Part shown: positions 46,721 to 61,774 of the stretch, piece by piece | How positions within the stretch are numbered: the stretch's first letter is position 1 | Layout: each line of letters opens with the position of its first letter | Assembly (NCBI GenBank): GCA_950097015.1 | Contig: CATNEN010000038.1 | Coordinates: 34,844,001-34,908,000 of the forward strand | DNA length: 64,000 bases | Reading direction: 5' to 3' | DNA from: Macrostomum hystrix | Lineage: Eukaryota > Animalia > Platyhelminthes | Notes under the pieces: model-generated | Told to the model about the DNA's origin: nothing | The model's database searches: none | Seen by the model: the letters and a program-made list of their open reading frames with translations, nothing else | Translations under genes and position numbers: made by a program

Positions 46721-48832
46721 TATGAAGTAACTATGACTATGACCACGTAATTCACCACCTATGTACATTTTCTGAAAATGAGATTTAGCTAGCAATGTTT
46801 AAATAAAAATTACTTGGCCACATGGCCTGAAAGTTTCTGTTTACATGAATGTTAAAATGCTAGGCCCCTAATTCTTGCAGAGAGAACATAATGAGTTTAG
46901 TTTTTTTCTAAAAGCTAGGCCAAATAAATATTATAGCTTTGTCCTCTATACACAAATTAAATAACCATATTAATACTTTTTTATTTTATTGTAATCCTAT
47001 CCAATATAAGGATATATATTCTCTGATAAAAATAAAAATATTAATCAATGGCCTTATTGCTGCCATAGACCATAGTTGTTAGCTATTCAACCCATATTTT
47101 AAGTTTTTTTATCGATTGAAGTGCATCTGACTAGTAGACTTAGTACTCTGTTAGTGTTCTGTTCTTATTTAAGTAAATATTTGTGATTGCATCAAGCCTA
47201 ATGTAGCAAGTTCATTCATGAATATTACTAATCTAGTCTTGTGTTGAAAAGTCAACTTATTTGCCAATGCACTATAGTATGCCTAGTAAGCTTGGCTTCT
47301 CTTTAAGTTATTTGCATGATTATGTCAATAAGCACTTTCCTAGTAAAAATAAATATATGGAATGCAACTCTCTAATTTCACTTTTCAGCCAATAGACAAG
47401 AAACTGACCTATTCTATTGTCTAGATCATGTTAAGTATATGCAAAAAATTAGAAGGCTAGAGTAGTAAGCCTAATATCCCTAAAATGGTTTTCTGAATAA
47501 TGTTAATAAAAAGTTTACTCTAAGTTAAAAAAGTCTATTGCATAGCATACATTTTAACTGTGTTTAGCCTCTTACTTGTATGTAGCACCAATATATGACC
47601 ATTTTTGGGCAGATACTAGGTCCTTATTGGGACTATGGTATTCACACTAAGTGATTTGAAATTAACAAATTTTGTGGTGTTCTTCATTGTATGCTAATTT
47701 TTTTAAAGTTAAGTTTTAGGTATGTGCTAGCTGTCCATAATGGGCTTGACAATAAATTTATTAGTTTGTAATAAATAAATAAAGAACTCAAAATTTTTTT
47801 ATAGAAAACCATTCAATAAAATAATATGCCAATAATTTAACAAATTTGCTTATAATATTCAGCTTAGATTGTCCTATCTTACCTTTTTGGCTTCATTGTT
47901 CATTGACATAAGCTGTCTAAACCAAACCCAAGGCTAAGTAGAACTAGTAGGCTACTGGTGTTACATAGTAAAAGTTTAGCTATTTGAAAATAATATTTGT
48001 ACTTACACTAAAATAATATTCTAATATTCAAATTTGTTTATAGCTAAAATAAAAACTAGCTTATTGATATTCTTGCTAAGTTTATCAGTTAATAGCTTGT
48101 TGAGATATATATTTTTCGTATTGTTCTATTGTTCATAATTTATATTTATCTTTTACCTATAAAGTTATAATTCTTACAAACAGATCAACATATATCTATT
48201 AATAAGCTAACTACACTTGTTAGTTCAAGTAAATTGTATTGTTTGTCACCTTTGGATGACAAAAAGCATGTAACTAATTTATTTTGCTTTGCTTTTGACC
48301 TTTGTGTTTGTAATGTTATGTTATATGTTTATATGTTAAAATGTCAGACATTTTTTAAAAAGCCTTATATAAAATTGCTAGCTGCTAAATTTCTTGTCAC
48401 AATTTTTTTTTATGTAGAACTAATTGCACAAATCACATTACAATACATTCTAACAGCAGCAAAATTTTAATTCTGCAAAGTTGATATCATATAAAAAGTT
48501 AATTATAATACATATCAGTCAGTTGTGGTTTATATGTTGATATTTGTGTAGGGTATTAAATGAACTAATTTACTAGTTAATGAAAAGCGAATTAAATTAC
48601 GCCATCTTCATCTTTAACTTGCAGCCAAATCAAGAAAGCTACCCTTACTGGTCTTTGTGTCACAACGTGCATCTAACTTAATATAATTTTTTAACAATGC
48701 AACTTCTAGGCTAATTATGAGTATTAGTTAGTTGACCAATAAATTCTTAATAGATTCCTGATTGCTTAGTAGACCAAAATCTGGCCTTAAGAAATCACAT
48801 CTAAACTTCTTGGCTAACTAATAGAACCTGTC

Positions 48833-51800
48833 ATGGACAGTTCTATTAGCGATTTGGCTTCCCTGCAGCAGCAGCAGCCGGTGATTGCGAGCCTGCCAGA
48901 CAATGGCTCAGCCGAGCAGCTGCCCAGTCCCCAGCTAATGCCGCCGCCTCAGGCTCCTCGCATTATACGCGTCTGTCCACTGCCGCCGCAGCCGTCGCCG
49001 ACGACAAAACAAAATCGTCGACGTCAGCAACAACAGCAGCAGCAGCAGCAATTGTTAGAACAGCCAAATAGTCTAATGGAGGCAGACAATGAAAAATGTT
49101 CCGCTGGTGTCGCCACTGTCAGCTGCGACTCTGATGTCGTATCGCGAAAATCAAATAAAAAGAAGAAAAAGAAATCAAAGCGTCGACGAGAGTCCCTGGA
49201 CATTGACGGCGACTGCGACAGCGAAGGCGACGGCGCGGCTGGGAAAAAGTACAAATCTAGAGAATCCGGGGCTTCCGCCTCGGCTTCGGCCGATGAAGAC
49301 GACGGCTTGGCAGCGAAGGACAACAACTCGAAAAAGAAGAAAAAGAGCAAGCGAAAGCAGAAGCGCCAGTTTGATGTGTTCGATTTTGACGAAACCGATT
49401 GCGATGCTGTGGTTATGCGGCCTAAACTGACATCCAGCTTGGATGACGTCATCGATGGTGTCTGCGCCGAGGCTCTGCTAGCGTCAGAGGAGTTGCCAAC
49501 TTGCTCGGAGCCTGCAACTCCGACTGCGGCCGAATTTAATCGGAATAAGTCGAAGAAACGGCCAGCTTCAAAAGGACTGCCCTCCAGTGTGTCGCCTGGC
49601 AGTGGTGCCGTCTCATCCAAGAAAAAGAAAAGGTAGATTTTGCTTTTTACCATAGACAATTAGACATTTATACTTTCACTAAGCTTTTTTGGGCGAGTTG
49701 TCTATGGCTAAACTGGGGTGTTGAAACAATGTCATTTGTTAGCACACAGGCGCCTACATCTTATGGACTTTCTCAGCGCCAGACATTGTGAATTGTCACT
49801 GTGATATGCGGTTGGATATTATTGGTGTAAACTGCATTAATTTGTTTCTGCGCCCTAAAGGAAACCGCCTCGGCGAGCCGGGCGTGTCGCTGTGTTCCGA
49901 AGGTTATTAAAAATGGCAAAATAATGATTATTTTAGGTTTGCGTAGCTCAGTCCATAGACTAATGGGCCGACACATTAACCTAAAGTGTCTTGTTGAAGA
50001 ATATAGATCGCACTGAGCTAAGATTCGAACTCTTGACGTCCATTTCGAAACACCTTTCAGCGAGCAAGCTGGCAGTGACAGCGCCACGGCAAGCAAGCGA
50101 AGCCGTGGTAAAAAGTTGCCCTCAACAGCCAGTCGCCAATCGTTGAATGGAAGCGGCGTCGGAGACTCGTCAACGCTGGGCGATGATGTTAGAAAGAACG
50201 GCGACACTGACCAGGCCGATTTAGCCGACTTTAATGCGGACGAGTCATCGTCCGCCGACGGACTGTCTCTGTTGGCCGCGGCTCGACGACGGGCAGCCAG
50301 CTTCGCGGGCAGCAGCGAAGCTGAAGAGTCTGATTCGGTGAGCCTCGGAAACTTTTTCAAGGTTTTGATTGAATACTGATGACCTTCTGAAGGTCTAGAT
50401 CATGTACTGATGACCTTCTGAAGATCTAGATCAAGTACTGATGACCTTCTGAAGGTCTAGATCAAGTACTGATGACCTTCTGAAGGTCTAGATCAAGTAC
50501 CAGGATGATTTTCTGAAGGTCTAGATCAAGTGCTGATGACCTTCTGAAGGTCTAGATCAAGTGCTGATGACCTTCTGAAGGTCTAGATCAAGTGCTGAAG
50601 ACCTTCTGAAGGTCTAGATCAAGTACTGATGACCTTCTGAAGGTCTAGATCAAGTACTGACGACCTTCTGAAGGTCTAGATCAAGTGCTGAAGACCTTCT
50701 GAAGGTCTAGATCAAGTACTGATGACCTTCTGAAGGTCTAGATCAAGTAACAGGATGACCTTCTGAAGGTCTAGATCAAGTACTGACGACCTTCTGAAGG
50801 TCTAGATCAAGTACTGATGGCATTCAGTTAGGTCTAGATAAACTCAAATTTGTTACATTCGCAGCTTTTTTGTACGTAAAAGTACACACCATCTCTAGGG
50901 CTTTTCATGATTTTCTGGATGCCATTCCACTTTTTAAAGCTATCTACAATTACTTTCAGGCATCCACATGTATGTTACAATATCTGTGCCCACCAGTTCT
51001 TGAATGCAATTGTTAACCGCGCCTAGCAGAAAAGACAGGTTGCAGTTCTATTGGTATTTAGCCTCATCTTGCATTGTACTGCGCAGATACAAAAACTGTA
51101 TTTATTTCCTCAAATCGACAGCGAGTTGTAAAAAAGGCTAATGGTCGGGTATTGAAGGGAGAATTTGCCAGCATTCTGTCCTTGCCTCCCAGGAGTGAGT
51201 TGAGTTGAATGAGCTTAGCTTCGGGTGTGGGGTTGGTCGCTTGGTATGGGTAGAGATTGAAACAATTTCTGTTCGCTTCATCTTTTGGTTCTCTTTTTCT
51301 GGTTTGCCTGTGTTTTTTCTTCTCTCTCTCACACTCTGTCCCTACGCCCCGCCTCCCAAGTATCCTTTTCTAAGCTGCCAACCAGCGAAATCTCCCCATC
51401 CCCATCCTTATTTTTGTCCCCCTTACACTGCCCACCCCCCCCCGTTAAACTCAGTTACCACCTCCCTTAAAATCCCTGACAGAATCGGCTGCCTTCCTAC
51501 CCTTGCCTCACAGTCACTTCTCATCCGCCCTCTGCCACACCATTTCCTGAGAGAGAAGATATTGATTAGTTTGAGAATTAGAAACGGTTCGGTGCCAAAG
51601 TCCTTCATTTTCTACTACTAAAACCAGCCCTTTGGGGCAAGAGGACTTAAAGCAGTAAACATTTTTTCAAATATCTGAAAATCAAGGATCCCATATCTGT
51701 AGCATCAAAAATCGCATATTTGTAGCATCAAAAATCCCATATCTGTAGCATCAAAAATCCCATATTTGTAGCCTCAAGAATCCAATATATGTAGTCTTTT

Positions 51801-54800
51801 CTAGCTGACCCTACTGATATCCCCTGTGTTCTAGCTGACCCTACTGATATCCCCTGTGTTCTAGCTGACCCTACTGATATCCCATGTGTTCTAGCTGACC
51901 CTAGATACACCCGTGTGTTCTAGCTGACCCTAGATACACCCGTGTGTTCTAGCTGACCCTAGATACACCCGTGTGTTCTAGCTGACCCTAGATACACCCG
52001 TGTGTTCTAGCTGACCCTAGATACACCCGTGTGTTCTAGCTGACCCTAGATACACCCGTGTGTTCTAGCTGACCCTAGATATACCCGTGTGTTCTAGCTG
52101 ACCCTAGATACACCCGTGTGTTCTAGCTGACCCTAGATACACCCGTGTGTTCTAGCTGACCCTAGATACACCCGTGTGTTCTAGCTGACCCTAGATACAC
52201 CCGTGTGTTCTAGCTGACCCTAGATACACCCGTGTGTTCTAGCTGACCCTAGATACACCCGTGTGTTCTAGCTGACCCTAGATACACCCGTGTGTTCTAG
52301 CTGACCCTAGATACACCCGTGTGTTCTAGCTGACCCTAGATACACCCGTGTGTTCTAGCTGACCCTAGATACACCCGTGTGTTCTAGCTGACCCTAGATA
52401 CACCCGTGTGTTCTAGCTGACCCTAGATACACCCGTGTGTTCTAGCTGACCCTAGATACACCCGTGTGTTCTAGCTGACCCTAGATACACCCGTGTGTTC
52501 TAGCTGACCCTAGATACACCCCGTGATACACCCCGTGTAATTATTTCATATTGTATTAATTAATTTTTTTATGAATTGATGAACTACAGAAACAAATCTA
52601 GTTTTTAAAAATAATATTTGGTCTTAAATTAGAATATAGAAGATGCTTATGTTAAGAATTCAGCCCTTCCTATTCAGTTAGGCTGTTTTTTCAGTAGTAT
52701 GTTCGGTAATTTAGCAGCAAAAATATTCTCCATCGACAAGTTCAAAGTTGCTACAGAATCCTAGTCTCTTTTCACTTAGAAATATGTCTAGGTAATTAAT
52801 TAAATCTGAGTCTTTTATCTATTCTTTCTTCTAATCTAGGCCTAATATATTATTTTCGACGTCGGGAACTGTCGTTAATCTCCTTAATATTCTTGTGTAG
52901 GGCTTGTCAATATTAGTATGACAACTATTCTATCTAGTTGCTAGATAAATAGTATTGATTTAACTTCTGAGTTCTTAGACTTGGCGCATGCACGCATGGG
53001 AAAACTAATTCCCATCCACCCCAGCACCCATAGCACCCTGGCACCACATCCCTTCATCACTTCTCTCTCCTCTCTGTCGCCCCGCCTACTGCTCTATTGG
53101 ATCAATTCTCTTGAGCAACTCGGTAAAACAATTTTCGCGTACAAATCTTCACTTTGGGCCTGGCCTTTACCTTCCTGCTCGTTTGATCACGCACTGGTGT
53201 GTGTGCGTGTGTGTTTTCTTCTCTCTTCCTATCCGGTGTGGATTTACGTTTATTAGTAGCTTGTGTAATGAATGTGCATATTCTTTTTTTCACTGTAAGC
53301 CAGCCTTCTTTTAAGAAATTGTTCTTCCTCCACTCACTGGGAGATTAGCGTGTGCTTGCTGAAGTACTGGGAGATTAGCGTGTGCTTGCTGAAGTACTGA
53401 AGGATTAGTGTGTGCTTGCTGAAGTACTGAGGGATTAGCGTGTGCTTGCTGAAGTACTGAGGGATTAGCGCGTGCTTGCTGAAGTACTGAGGGATTAGCG
53501 TGTGCTTGCTGAAGTACTGAAGGATTAGTGTGTGCTTGCTGAAGTACTGAAGGATTAGTGTGTGCTTGCTGAAGTACTGAAGGATTAGCGCGTGCTTGCT
53601 GAAGTACTGGGAGATTAGCGTGTGCTTGCTGAAGTACTGAGGGATTAGCGTGTGCTTGCTGAAGTACTGAGGGATTAGCGCGTGCTTGCTGAAGTACTGA
53701 GGGATTAGCGCGTGCTTGCTGAAGTACTGGGAGATTAGCGTGTGCTTGCTGAAGTACTGAAGGATTAGTGTGTGCTTGCTGAAGTACTGAGGGATTAGCG
53801 CGTGCTTGCTGAAGTACTGAGGGATTAGCGTGTGCTTGCTGAAGTACTGAGGGATTAGCGTGTGCTTGCTGAAGTACTGAAGGATTAGTGTGTGCTTGCT
53901 GAAGTACTGAAGGATTAGCGCGTGCTTGCTGAAGTACTGAGGGATTAGCGTGTGCTTGCTGAAGTACTGAGGGATTAGCGTGTGCTTGCTGAAGTACTGA
54001 AGGATTAGTGTGTGCTTGCTGAAGTACTGAGGGATTAGTGTGAGCTTGCTGAAGTACTGAGGGATTAGCGTGTGCTTGCTGAAGTACTGAGGGATTAGTG
54101 TGTGCTTGCTGAAGTACTGAGGGATTAGCGTGTGCTTGCTGAAGTACTGGGACATTAGCGTGTGCTTGCTGAAGTACTGGGACATTAGCGTGTGCTTGCT
54201 GAAGTACTGGGACATTAGTGTGAGCTTGCTGAAGTACTGGGACATTAGTGTGAGCTTGCTGAAGTACTGGGACATTAGTGTGAGCTTGCTGAAGTACTGG
54301 GACATTAGTGTGAGCTTGCTGAAGTACTGGGACATTAGTGTGAGCTTGCTGAAGTACTGGGACATTAGTGTGAGCTTGCTGAAGTACTGGGACATTAGTG
54401 TGAGCTTGCTGGAGTACTGGGACATTAGTGTGAGCTTGCTGAAGTACTGGGATTAAACTTTGCTATCTTAAAATATGTAAAATGTACAGAAAAGTGAGTC
54501 GGAGTATGCTCGAGAGTTCGGCTAAAGGCAATGTCAGGCAAAGAGCCTAGATTAGAATTGGAATAAAATTAGTGTACACACGGTTCTTCTCTCTCCCTCC
54601 CTTCCTCTTTTAGCAGCAGCATCTGCAGCATTTATCTGCGTGAAGGCCAATACTGCTAGTTAATATAGGATAGTGGAATTCAGTGGATTAGAAAGACGGT
54701 GACTGGTCTATAGGAGCTAGTAAGGATGTGAGCACAGTGTGAGTGTGTGTATGGACGCACGCGATCATTACAGGTTATTACGGACACGAGCAACTGGCTT

Positions 54801-57800
54801 GAGGGTTCGCCTATCTCTCACTTTCTATCTGTCTGTCTCTCTCTCTGCCTTCTTTTTTTCTAATTCTCATTCTCAGCTTTGCTGATATGGTTGGCGTCTT
54901 CTGTTAAACAGTGTGCGCGTGTATTTCTAGTACTTCCACCAGCTTTCCATACGGCATTTCTGCCCGCCCTACTCCTCTCACCCCTCTACTCTCGGTTTTC
55001 GCCGCCACCCTGCTGTGCTCATCCTCACTCCGCCTCAATTCCTCGTCCCCCTTCTCATCCCCCCGATCCTCAACCAACTCTCTACACTAGACTATTAAAG
55101 CCGCTCATTTTACTTAGTCTCTTTTACTCCGCCTATTCAGCAACCCGGCCTTCATCTGCCCTACCCCACCGCAGCTGTGAAATTCCCCTACCCATTCTTG
55201 ACAAAAAATTCTCAAGAGAGTCTATTACTCGGACTCTGTCACACACACCCATACTCTGCCCCACTACCGCTGCTTACGGTAGAACAGTCCATGGACTGGG
55301 GCGCACCCACCATCGGGGCGATCTGAAGCAATACAGAATTAAATTAATACAATGGAGTCTAGAATCGAACCCCGGACCTTTTCAATAATTATCACAGTTT
55401 CTCTCTCTCTCTTTGTATGTCTGTTTGTGTAATTGCACTGGCTTTTGAAACGTGTGAAACTGGACTACTTTTCAACATACGAGCAATGCCCGGGATGGAG
55501 TTGAGATGGATGTCGGATGGAAGCTGGATTGAGAGGGAAAATGAGACTGTGGATGGATGGGGTTTTTTACTGGGTGGCGTGGGGTGGGCGCACGATAGAC
55601 CAGTGAGCTGATAGAAGATGAAGTTGTGTGTGAGTGTGTGTGTGCCCCTTAGCCATAGGATGGGAGAATTGTGAGTTGGGATTTTAGATCGCGGCGTGAG
55701 CTTGTGAGTGGAGATGTTGCTTTACAGAGGGCGGGGTAGCTGAGACTGGGGACGGGTCGGAAAGAGTTTAAAGGGGATAGAAAAGCGTAAAATGAGGGAT
55801 GAATATTTAGGAAAAGGAAAGGCCGTTTGCCTACAGTCACCCAGTCTCATATCACTCCTGAAATCCTGCTTACTCAAAGATTACAATTCAAAAAAATGAC
55901 CAACAGCAGATTGGTTGTGATTTAGATTTTAAAAAATCTCAGTTCGAGCTATTAAGCGTTGTCAAATAATGAGTGTAGTAGCCCCGGTTATTGCTAGCAA
56001 TAAAGGCGGTATTTATCGCAAAAGAAATCGTTCCAAACAAACTGAAAGTGCTGAAAGTTCTGTGCCAACAAAGAAGTGCACAAAAATTAAGCAGAAAATC
56101 AGAAAAAGTGGAATTACTAGCTTTTCCAGCGTCTGTTGCTATGACGACGACCATAGAGAGGCCAGCTCAGCTGATGAACAGCCGCAGTCGTTGCCAACAA
56201 TGTCAGCTTCATCTTCGCCAACTTCGTCATCCTCTTTGTTGTTGCAGCAGGCGCCGGCATCAAAGACAGCCAGACGATCCGGCAGAGCCTCGGCGCGTCG
56301 ACCGGTGTCTTACGGTGGCGGCGGCGCCGGCGCGAGCTCGAATACGAGAGCCGACAACAGCGAAGATGACGATGAGAATCACGATGACGATTTTAAAAGC
56401 GAGGATGGCGACGGAAAGGTATGTGGAGCTAATTAAAAGATTAATAATAATCGTCTGACTAACCCCATGATCCGTAATCCTCATACTAACCCCATGATCC
56501 ATAATCCTCATACTAACCCCATAATCCATAATCCTAATACTAGCCCAATGATCCATAATCCTCATACTAACCCAATGATCCATAATCCTCATACTAACCC
56601 CATGATCCGTAATCCTCATACTAACCCCATGATCCATAATCCTCATACTAACCCCATAATCCATAATCCTAATACTAGCCCAATGATCCATAATCCTCAT
56701 ACTAACCCAATGATCCATAATCCTCATACTAACCCCATGATCCGTAATCCTCATTGTAGCCCAATGATCCATAATCCTCATACTAACCTCATGATCCATA
56801 ATCCTCAAACTAACCTAATAATCAAGTATCATTCTTACTAATCCAATAATCAATTTTCCATTGTGAATTTCATTGTAAAATCCACAAGAAGCGTACAATT
56901 CGCATCATCTTTGACTCGAAAATGAAATACTTGTACTTGTATTCAGCCTAGTGATAAATACCGTCTCGTTAAAAAATCGCTATGAAAAACTTATTAAAAA
57001 AAAGATAATTAGCTGCACGAATGCACTACTTGAATTGCGTGTTTTAGTAGTACAAACGGTTATTAAGTTTCTAGCTAGATTTCTAGCAAATTGTTCGATT
57101 TCCGACCCAACTGGAACAGTTTTTGCCCTTGTCGGGTGCACATATAAACTGATAGGACAGGTCTAATCAATTATTATTTTAAATAATTCATCCTAACAAC
57201 TGCAGGTCTCAGCCGAAGAAGAAGACAATCGAGTTGTTGAAAAGATTCTGGGCATTCGAATGTCCACTAGACCGGTGAAACGACCCGCCACTTCGATAGC
57301 TACTGCGGCGCCGGCTACTTCAACATCGGCGTCCGCCGACGTAATGGATGCCGATATTCCAATGTTGACGGCGCCTTCAACTAATGCCGATGCTAATCTA
57401 ACTGCGCCAATTGAATCCAATGCTACTATCGACAAGACACCTGAGCCCTTAGCAACCAATGACGATGACTTGCCAGCTGATAAGAATAAAGATGAAGAAG
57501 CGAAGACTGTATCAGAGGCTGCTAAGTTGGTAGAGTCAGTTGAAATGTCAAATACTGTTGCGCTAGAGTCTACTACTGTTGTTAAATCTGACCAGCCCGA
57601 GGAGGCTGCAAATCATCGCGACGATGAAGAAGAAGAGGAGGAAGAGGAAGTTGAAGAGTATTATGTGAAGTATCGAGGAATGTGAGTTATTGGTTGAATT
57701 TTCTGGTGTAGATTCATTCATTTAATAATTGGCATATTTAATCGTATTCATAATGGGTTCATATTGCGTTTAAATTGTGCTAAAAGTATGCTTATATTGT

Positions 57801-60800
57801 TCTCAAAATTCTATGAGTAGTTTCTAAGTGTTCTCATTGTGCTCATTGTGTTCTTAAAGTATGCTTAAGTGTGCTTAGAGCGTGCTCAAAGTGTATTTAG
57901 TGGGTTCAGACTGTATTCCGTTTGCTCAAAGTGTATTCAGTGTGCTCATAGTGTGCTCAAAGTGTATTCAGTGTGCTCATAGTGTGCTCAAAGTGTATTC
58001 AGTGTGCTCATAGTGTGCTCAAAGTGTATTCAGTGTGCTCATTGTGTGCTCAAAGTGTATTCAGTGTGCTCATAGTGTGCTCAAAGTGTATTCAGTGTGC
58101 TCATAGTGTGCTCAAAGTGTATTCAGTGTGCTCAAAATTGCACAGGATCTATCCCCGCCCATCCTCCAACCGGCAGGTCTTATCTGCACTGCGAATGGCG
58201 CACAGCCAGCGAAATAAGCGACCCCCGTTTCGCTCAGAAAGTCAAACGACACAAGCTGACTAAAATGACCACCTGCAAGGCAATCATGTTGACACCTTCG
58301 TCGTCTACTTCGTCGCTAATGTCGATGCAGCAACAGCAACAGCAGCAGCAGCAGCAGCAGCAGGCAGTAGCGGAAGATGAAGACCTATTTAATCCGGATT
58401 ATATCGAAGCCGACCGAGTCTTAGATTGTCAAACGGTGAACGACCTGACCTATTATCTAGTTAAATGGCGCTCATTATCCTACGAAGACGCCACTTGGGA
58501 ATTAACGGAGGACGTCCCGCCGGCTAAGATTAAAGACTATTTAAAAAACTCTCGCCCTCCACCGGAAGTCGAGCGTCGACGGCGCGTGGCCCGACCGGAC
58601 GATCCGGACGCTTGGCTGGGCCGAAAAATCGAAGCCGGCCGAATCTACAAAGGCGGTAATCAGCTCAGAGACTACCAATTGGAAGGTGTTAATTGGCTAA
58701 CCTACTGCTGGTATCACAGCCGGAACTGTATACTGGCTGACGAGATGGGACTGGGCAAGACTGTGCAGTCCATCACCTTTCTCAACGAGGTATGACATTT
58801 CGAGTGGAATTTGTACGTTAAATAGCTCGGAGATAAAAAGAGAAAACGTTCTTCAGAAAAAATATGAAAGATTACCAATTTCTCACCAACACGTAGGCAT
58901 TTCTGTTAACGAGATCTAATCCCGAAAACAACGATTTTTTAATCCGAATTCTCAAAACGTATTGGGATTTCTGTTATCCCAAATGATCCTCAGAGCAGGT
59001 TGGGATTTCTGTTATCCCAAATAATCCCCAGAACAGGTTGGGATTTCTGTTATCCCAAATCCCCAAAACAGATTGGGATTTCTTTTATCCAAAATCCCCA
59101 AAACAGATTGGGATTTCTGTTATCCCAAATGATCCTCAGAACAGGTTGGGATTTCTGTTATCCCAAATGATCCTCAAAACAGGTTGGGATTTCTGTTATC
59201 CCAAATAATCCTCAAAACAGGTTGGGATTTCTGTTATCCCAAATGATTCTCAGAACAGGTTGGGATTTCTGTTATCCCAAATGATCCTCAGAACAGGTTG
59301 GAATTTCTGTTATCCCAATCAATCCTCAAAACAGGTTGGGATTTCTGTTATCCCAATCAATCCTCAAAACAGGTTGGGATTTCTGTTATTCCAATCAATC
59401 CTCAAAACAGGTTGGGATTTCTGTTATCCCAATCAATCCTCAGAACAGGTTGGGATTCCTGTTATCCCAAATAATCCTCAGAAATGTTTTGGATTTTACT
59501 ATTTATAATCCTGAGAACAGGTATGATTTTTTATCCCAGATGTTCTGAACTGTGCTTGAAAATATACTTTCCCATTTTTCGCCACAGGTTTTCAACTACG
59601 GCATCAAAGGTCCATTCCTGGTTATTGTGCCGCTGTCCACCATTGGTAATTGGCAGCGCGAATTCGAAAACTGGACAGACATGAACGTTGTGGTCTATCA
59701 CGGCTCAACAGCATCCAGGGTGATGCTCCAGCAATACGAGATTCACCACCGCGACGCTAAGGAGAAGATTATCAAGCACTGTTACAAATTCAACGCACTC
59801 ATCACCACCTACGAGATTCTCATGACAGACATTGAATTCTTTGGCCAAATCGAATGGCGAGTCTCAGTCATAGACGAAGCTCATCGATTGAAGAATAAAA
59901 AGTGCAAACTTGGCGAAGGCTTGCGCTATCTGAGCTTGGAGCATCGGGTACTGCTCACTGGCACACCGTTGCAGAACAATGTCGAAGAGCTGTTCAGTTT
60001 GCTCAATTTTCTCGAACCGGAGAGTTTCTCGTGCTCACAGGTGAGCTAAGATCATGCGAACTTTGGGAGTTTCCTAGAATCATGAGGATCTTTGAGATTA
60101 AGAGTTTCCTCGAATCATGAGGATTTTTTAGATTAAGAGTTTCCTAGAATCATAAGGATCTTTGAGATTAAGAGTTTCCTCGAATCATGAGGATCTTTTA
60201 GATTAGGAGTTTCCTAGAATCATGAGGATCTTTTAGATTAGGAGTTTCCTAGAATCATGAGGATCTTTTAGATTGGGAGTTTCCTCGAATCATGAGGATC
60301 TTTTAGATTGGGAGTTTCCTCGAATCATGAGGATCTTTTAGATTGGGAGATTCCTAAAATTATGATGATTTTTTAGATTAAGAGTTTCCTAGAATCATAA
60401 GGATCTTTGAGATTTGGAGTTTCCTAGAATCATGAGGATCTTTTATATTGGGAGTTTCCTCGAATCATGAAGACCCTTGAGATTAGGAGTTTCCTAGAAC
60501 CATAGGGATCTTTTTTAGATTGGAAGTTTCATAGAATCATGGGGATTTTAAGGTTCGGGAGTTCTAGATAGTATTTTTCAATAAAATAATTAGGTTTTTT
60601 AGAAAAGTACAGGATTTTCTACAGAATCTAAACTAATTGTAATCGTATATTCAAAACTTTCAGGCCTTTCTAGCCGAATTTGGCGATCTCAAGACCGAAT
60701 CTCAGGTGGAGAATCTCAAAGCCATTCTGAAACCAATGATGCTGCGCCGCCTGAAAGAGGATGTAGAGAAATCCATCGCGCCAAAGGAGGAGACCATTAT

Positions 60801-61727
60801 CGAAGTGGAACTAACTAACATTCAGAAGAAGTATTACAGAGCCATTCTAGAAAGGAATTTCACATTTCTAAGCAAAGGTGCCACCTCCAGCAATGCGCCA
60901 AATCTCATGAACACAATGATGGAATTGCGCAAGTGCTGCAATCATCCGTTCCTCATCAAAGGCGCCGAAGATAACATCATGTCAGAGCTGCGGCATCAGT
61001 ACAAGGACATGGACACTCAGGAGTACCAGTTCCAGGCTATGGTCTATGCCTCTGGCAAACTGGTTCTAGTGCATAAACTCCTGCCCAAACTGCTGCAGGG
61101 CGGTCACAAAGTGCTCATGTTCTCACAGATGGTCAGAGTGTTAGATATCTTGGAGGACTTTCTAATCCACATGCAGTATCAGTACGAACGCATCGACGGC
61201 CGCATTCACGGCTTGCAGCGTCAGGAGGCTATCGATCGGTTTAGCAACGATCCTAATAAGTTTGTGTTCCTGCTTTGCACCAAGGCTGGCGGTTTGGGTA
61301 TCAATCTGACAGCCGCTGATACTGTTATTATCTACGATTCGGATTGGAATCCACAGAATGATCTGCAGGCTCAGGCCAGGTGTCACCGGATTGGACAGGA
61401 GAAATCTGTCAAGGTTTATAGGTGAGTTTCTCTTGTATTTGTTTTCTATTCTGTGTGGTTATTTAGCTGCGGAAATCTGATAGCGAGGTCGGAAGTTCGA
61501 ATCTCAAGCCAAGGGACCCAATTACTGTTTTTAGCCCATACTTAACTTAACATATGTAAAATAAGTACTACTACTTCTACTACTACTACTAAGATTACTA
61601 ATACTACTACTGCCACTCAGTTGTGAGTAGTACTAGCTCGTATGCTTGCTAGTTTTGTAACTACTATTATTTTATAAAGCTACTACTATTGCTAAAATTG
61701 TTATTACTACAACTGTACTTCTTCTAT

Positions 61728-61774
<47 letters not shown>

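Noticed and set aside
53334-56841. 363-aa, 182-aa and 124-aa repeat ORFs in CHD introns
   Set aside because: Translations of the 30-bp and 27-bp minisatellites.
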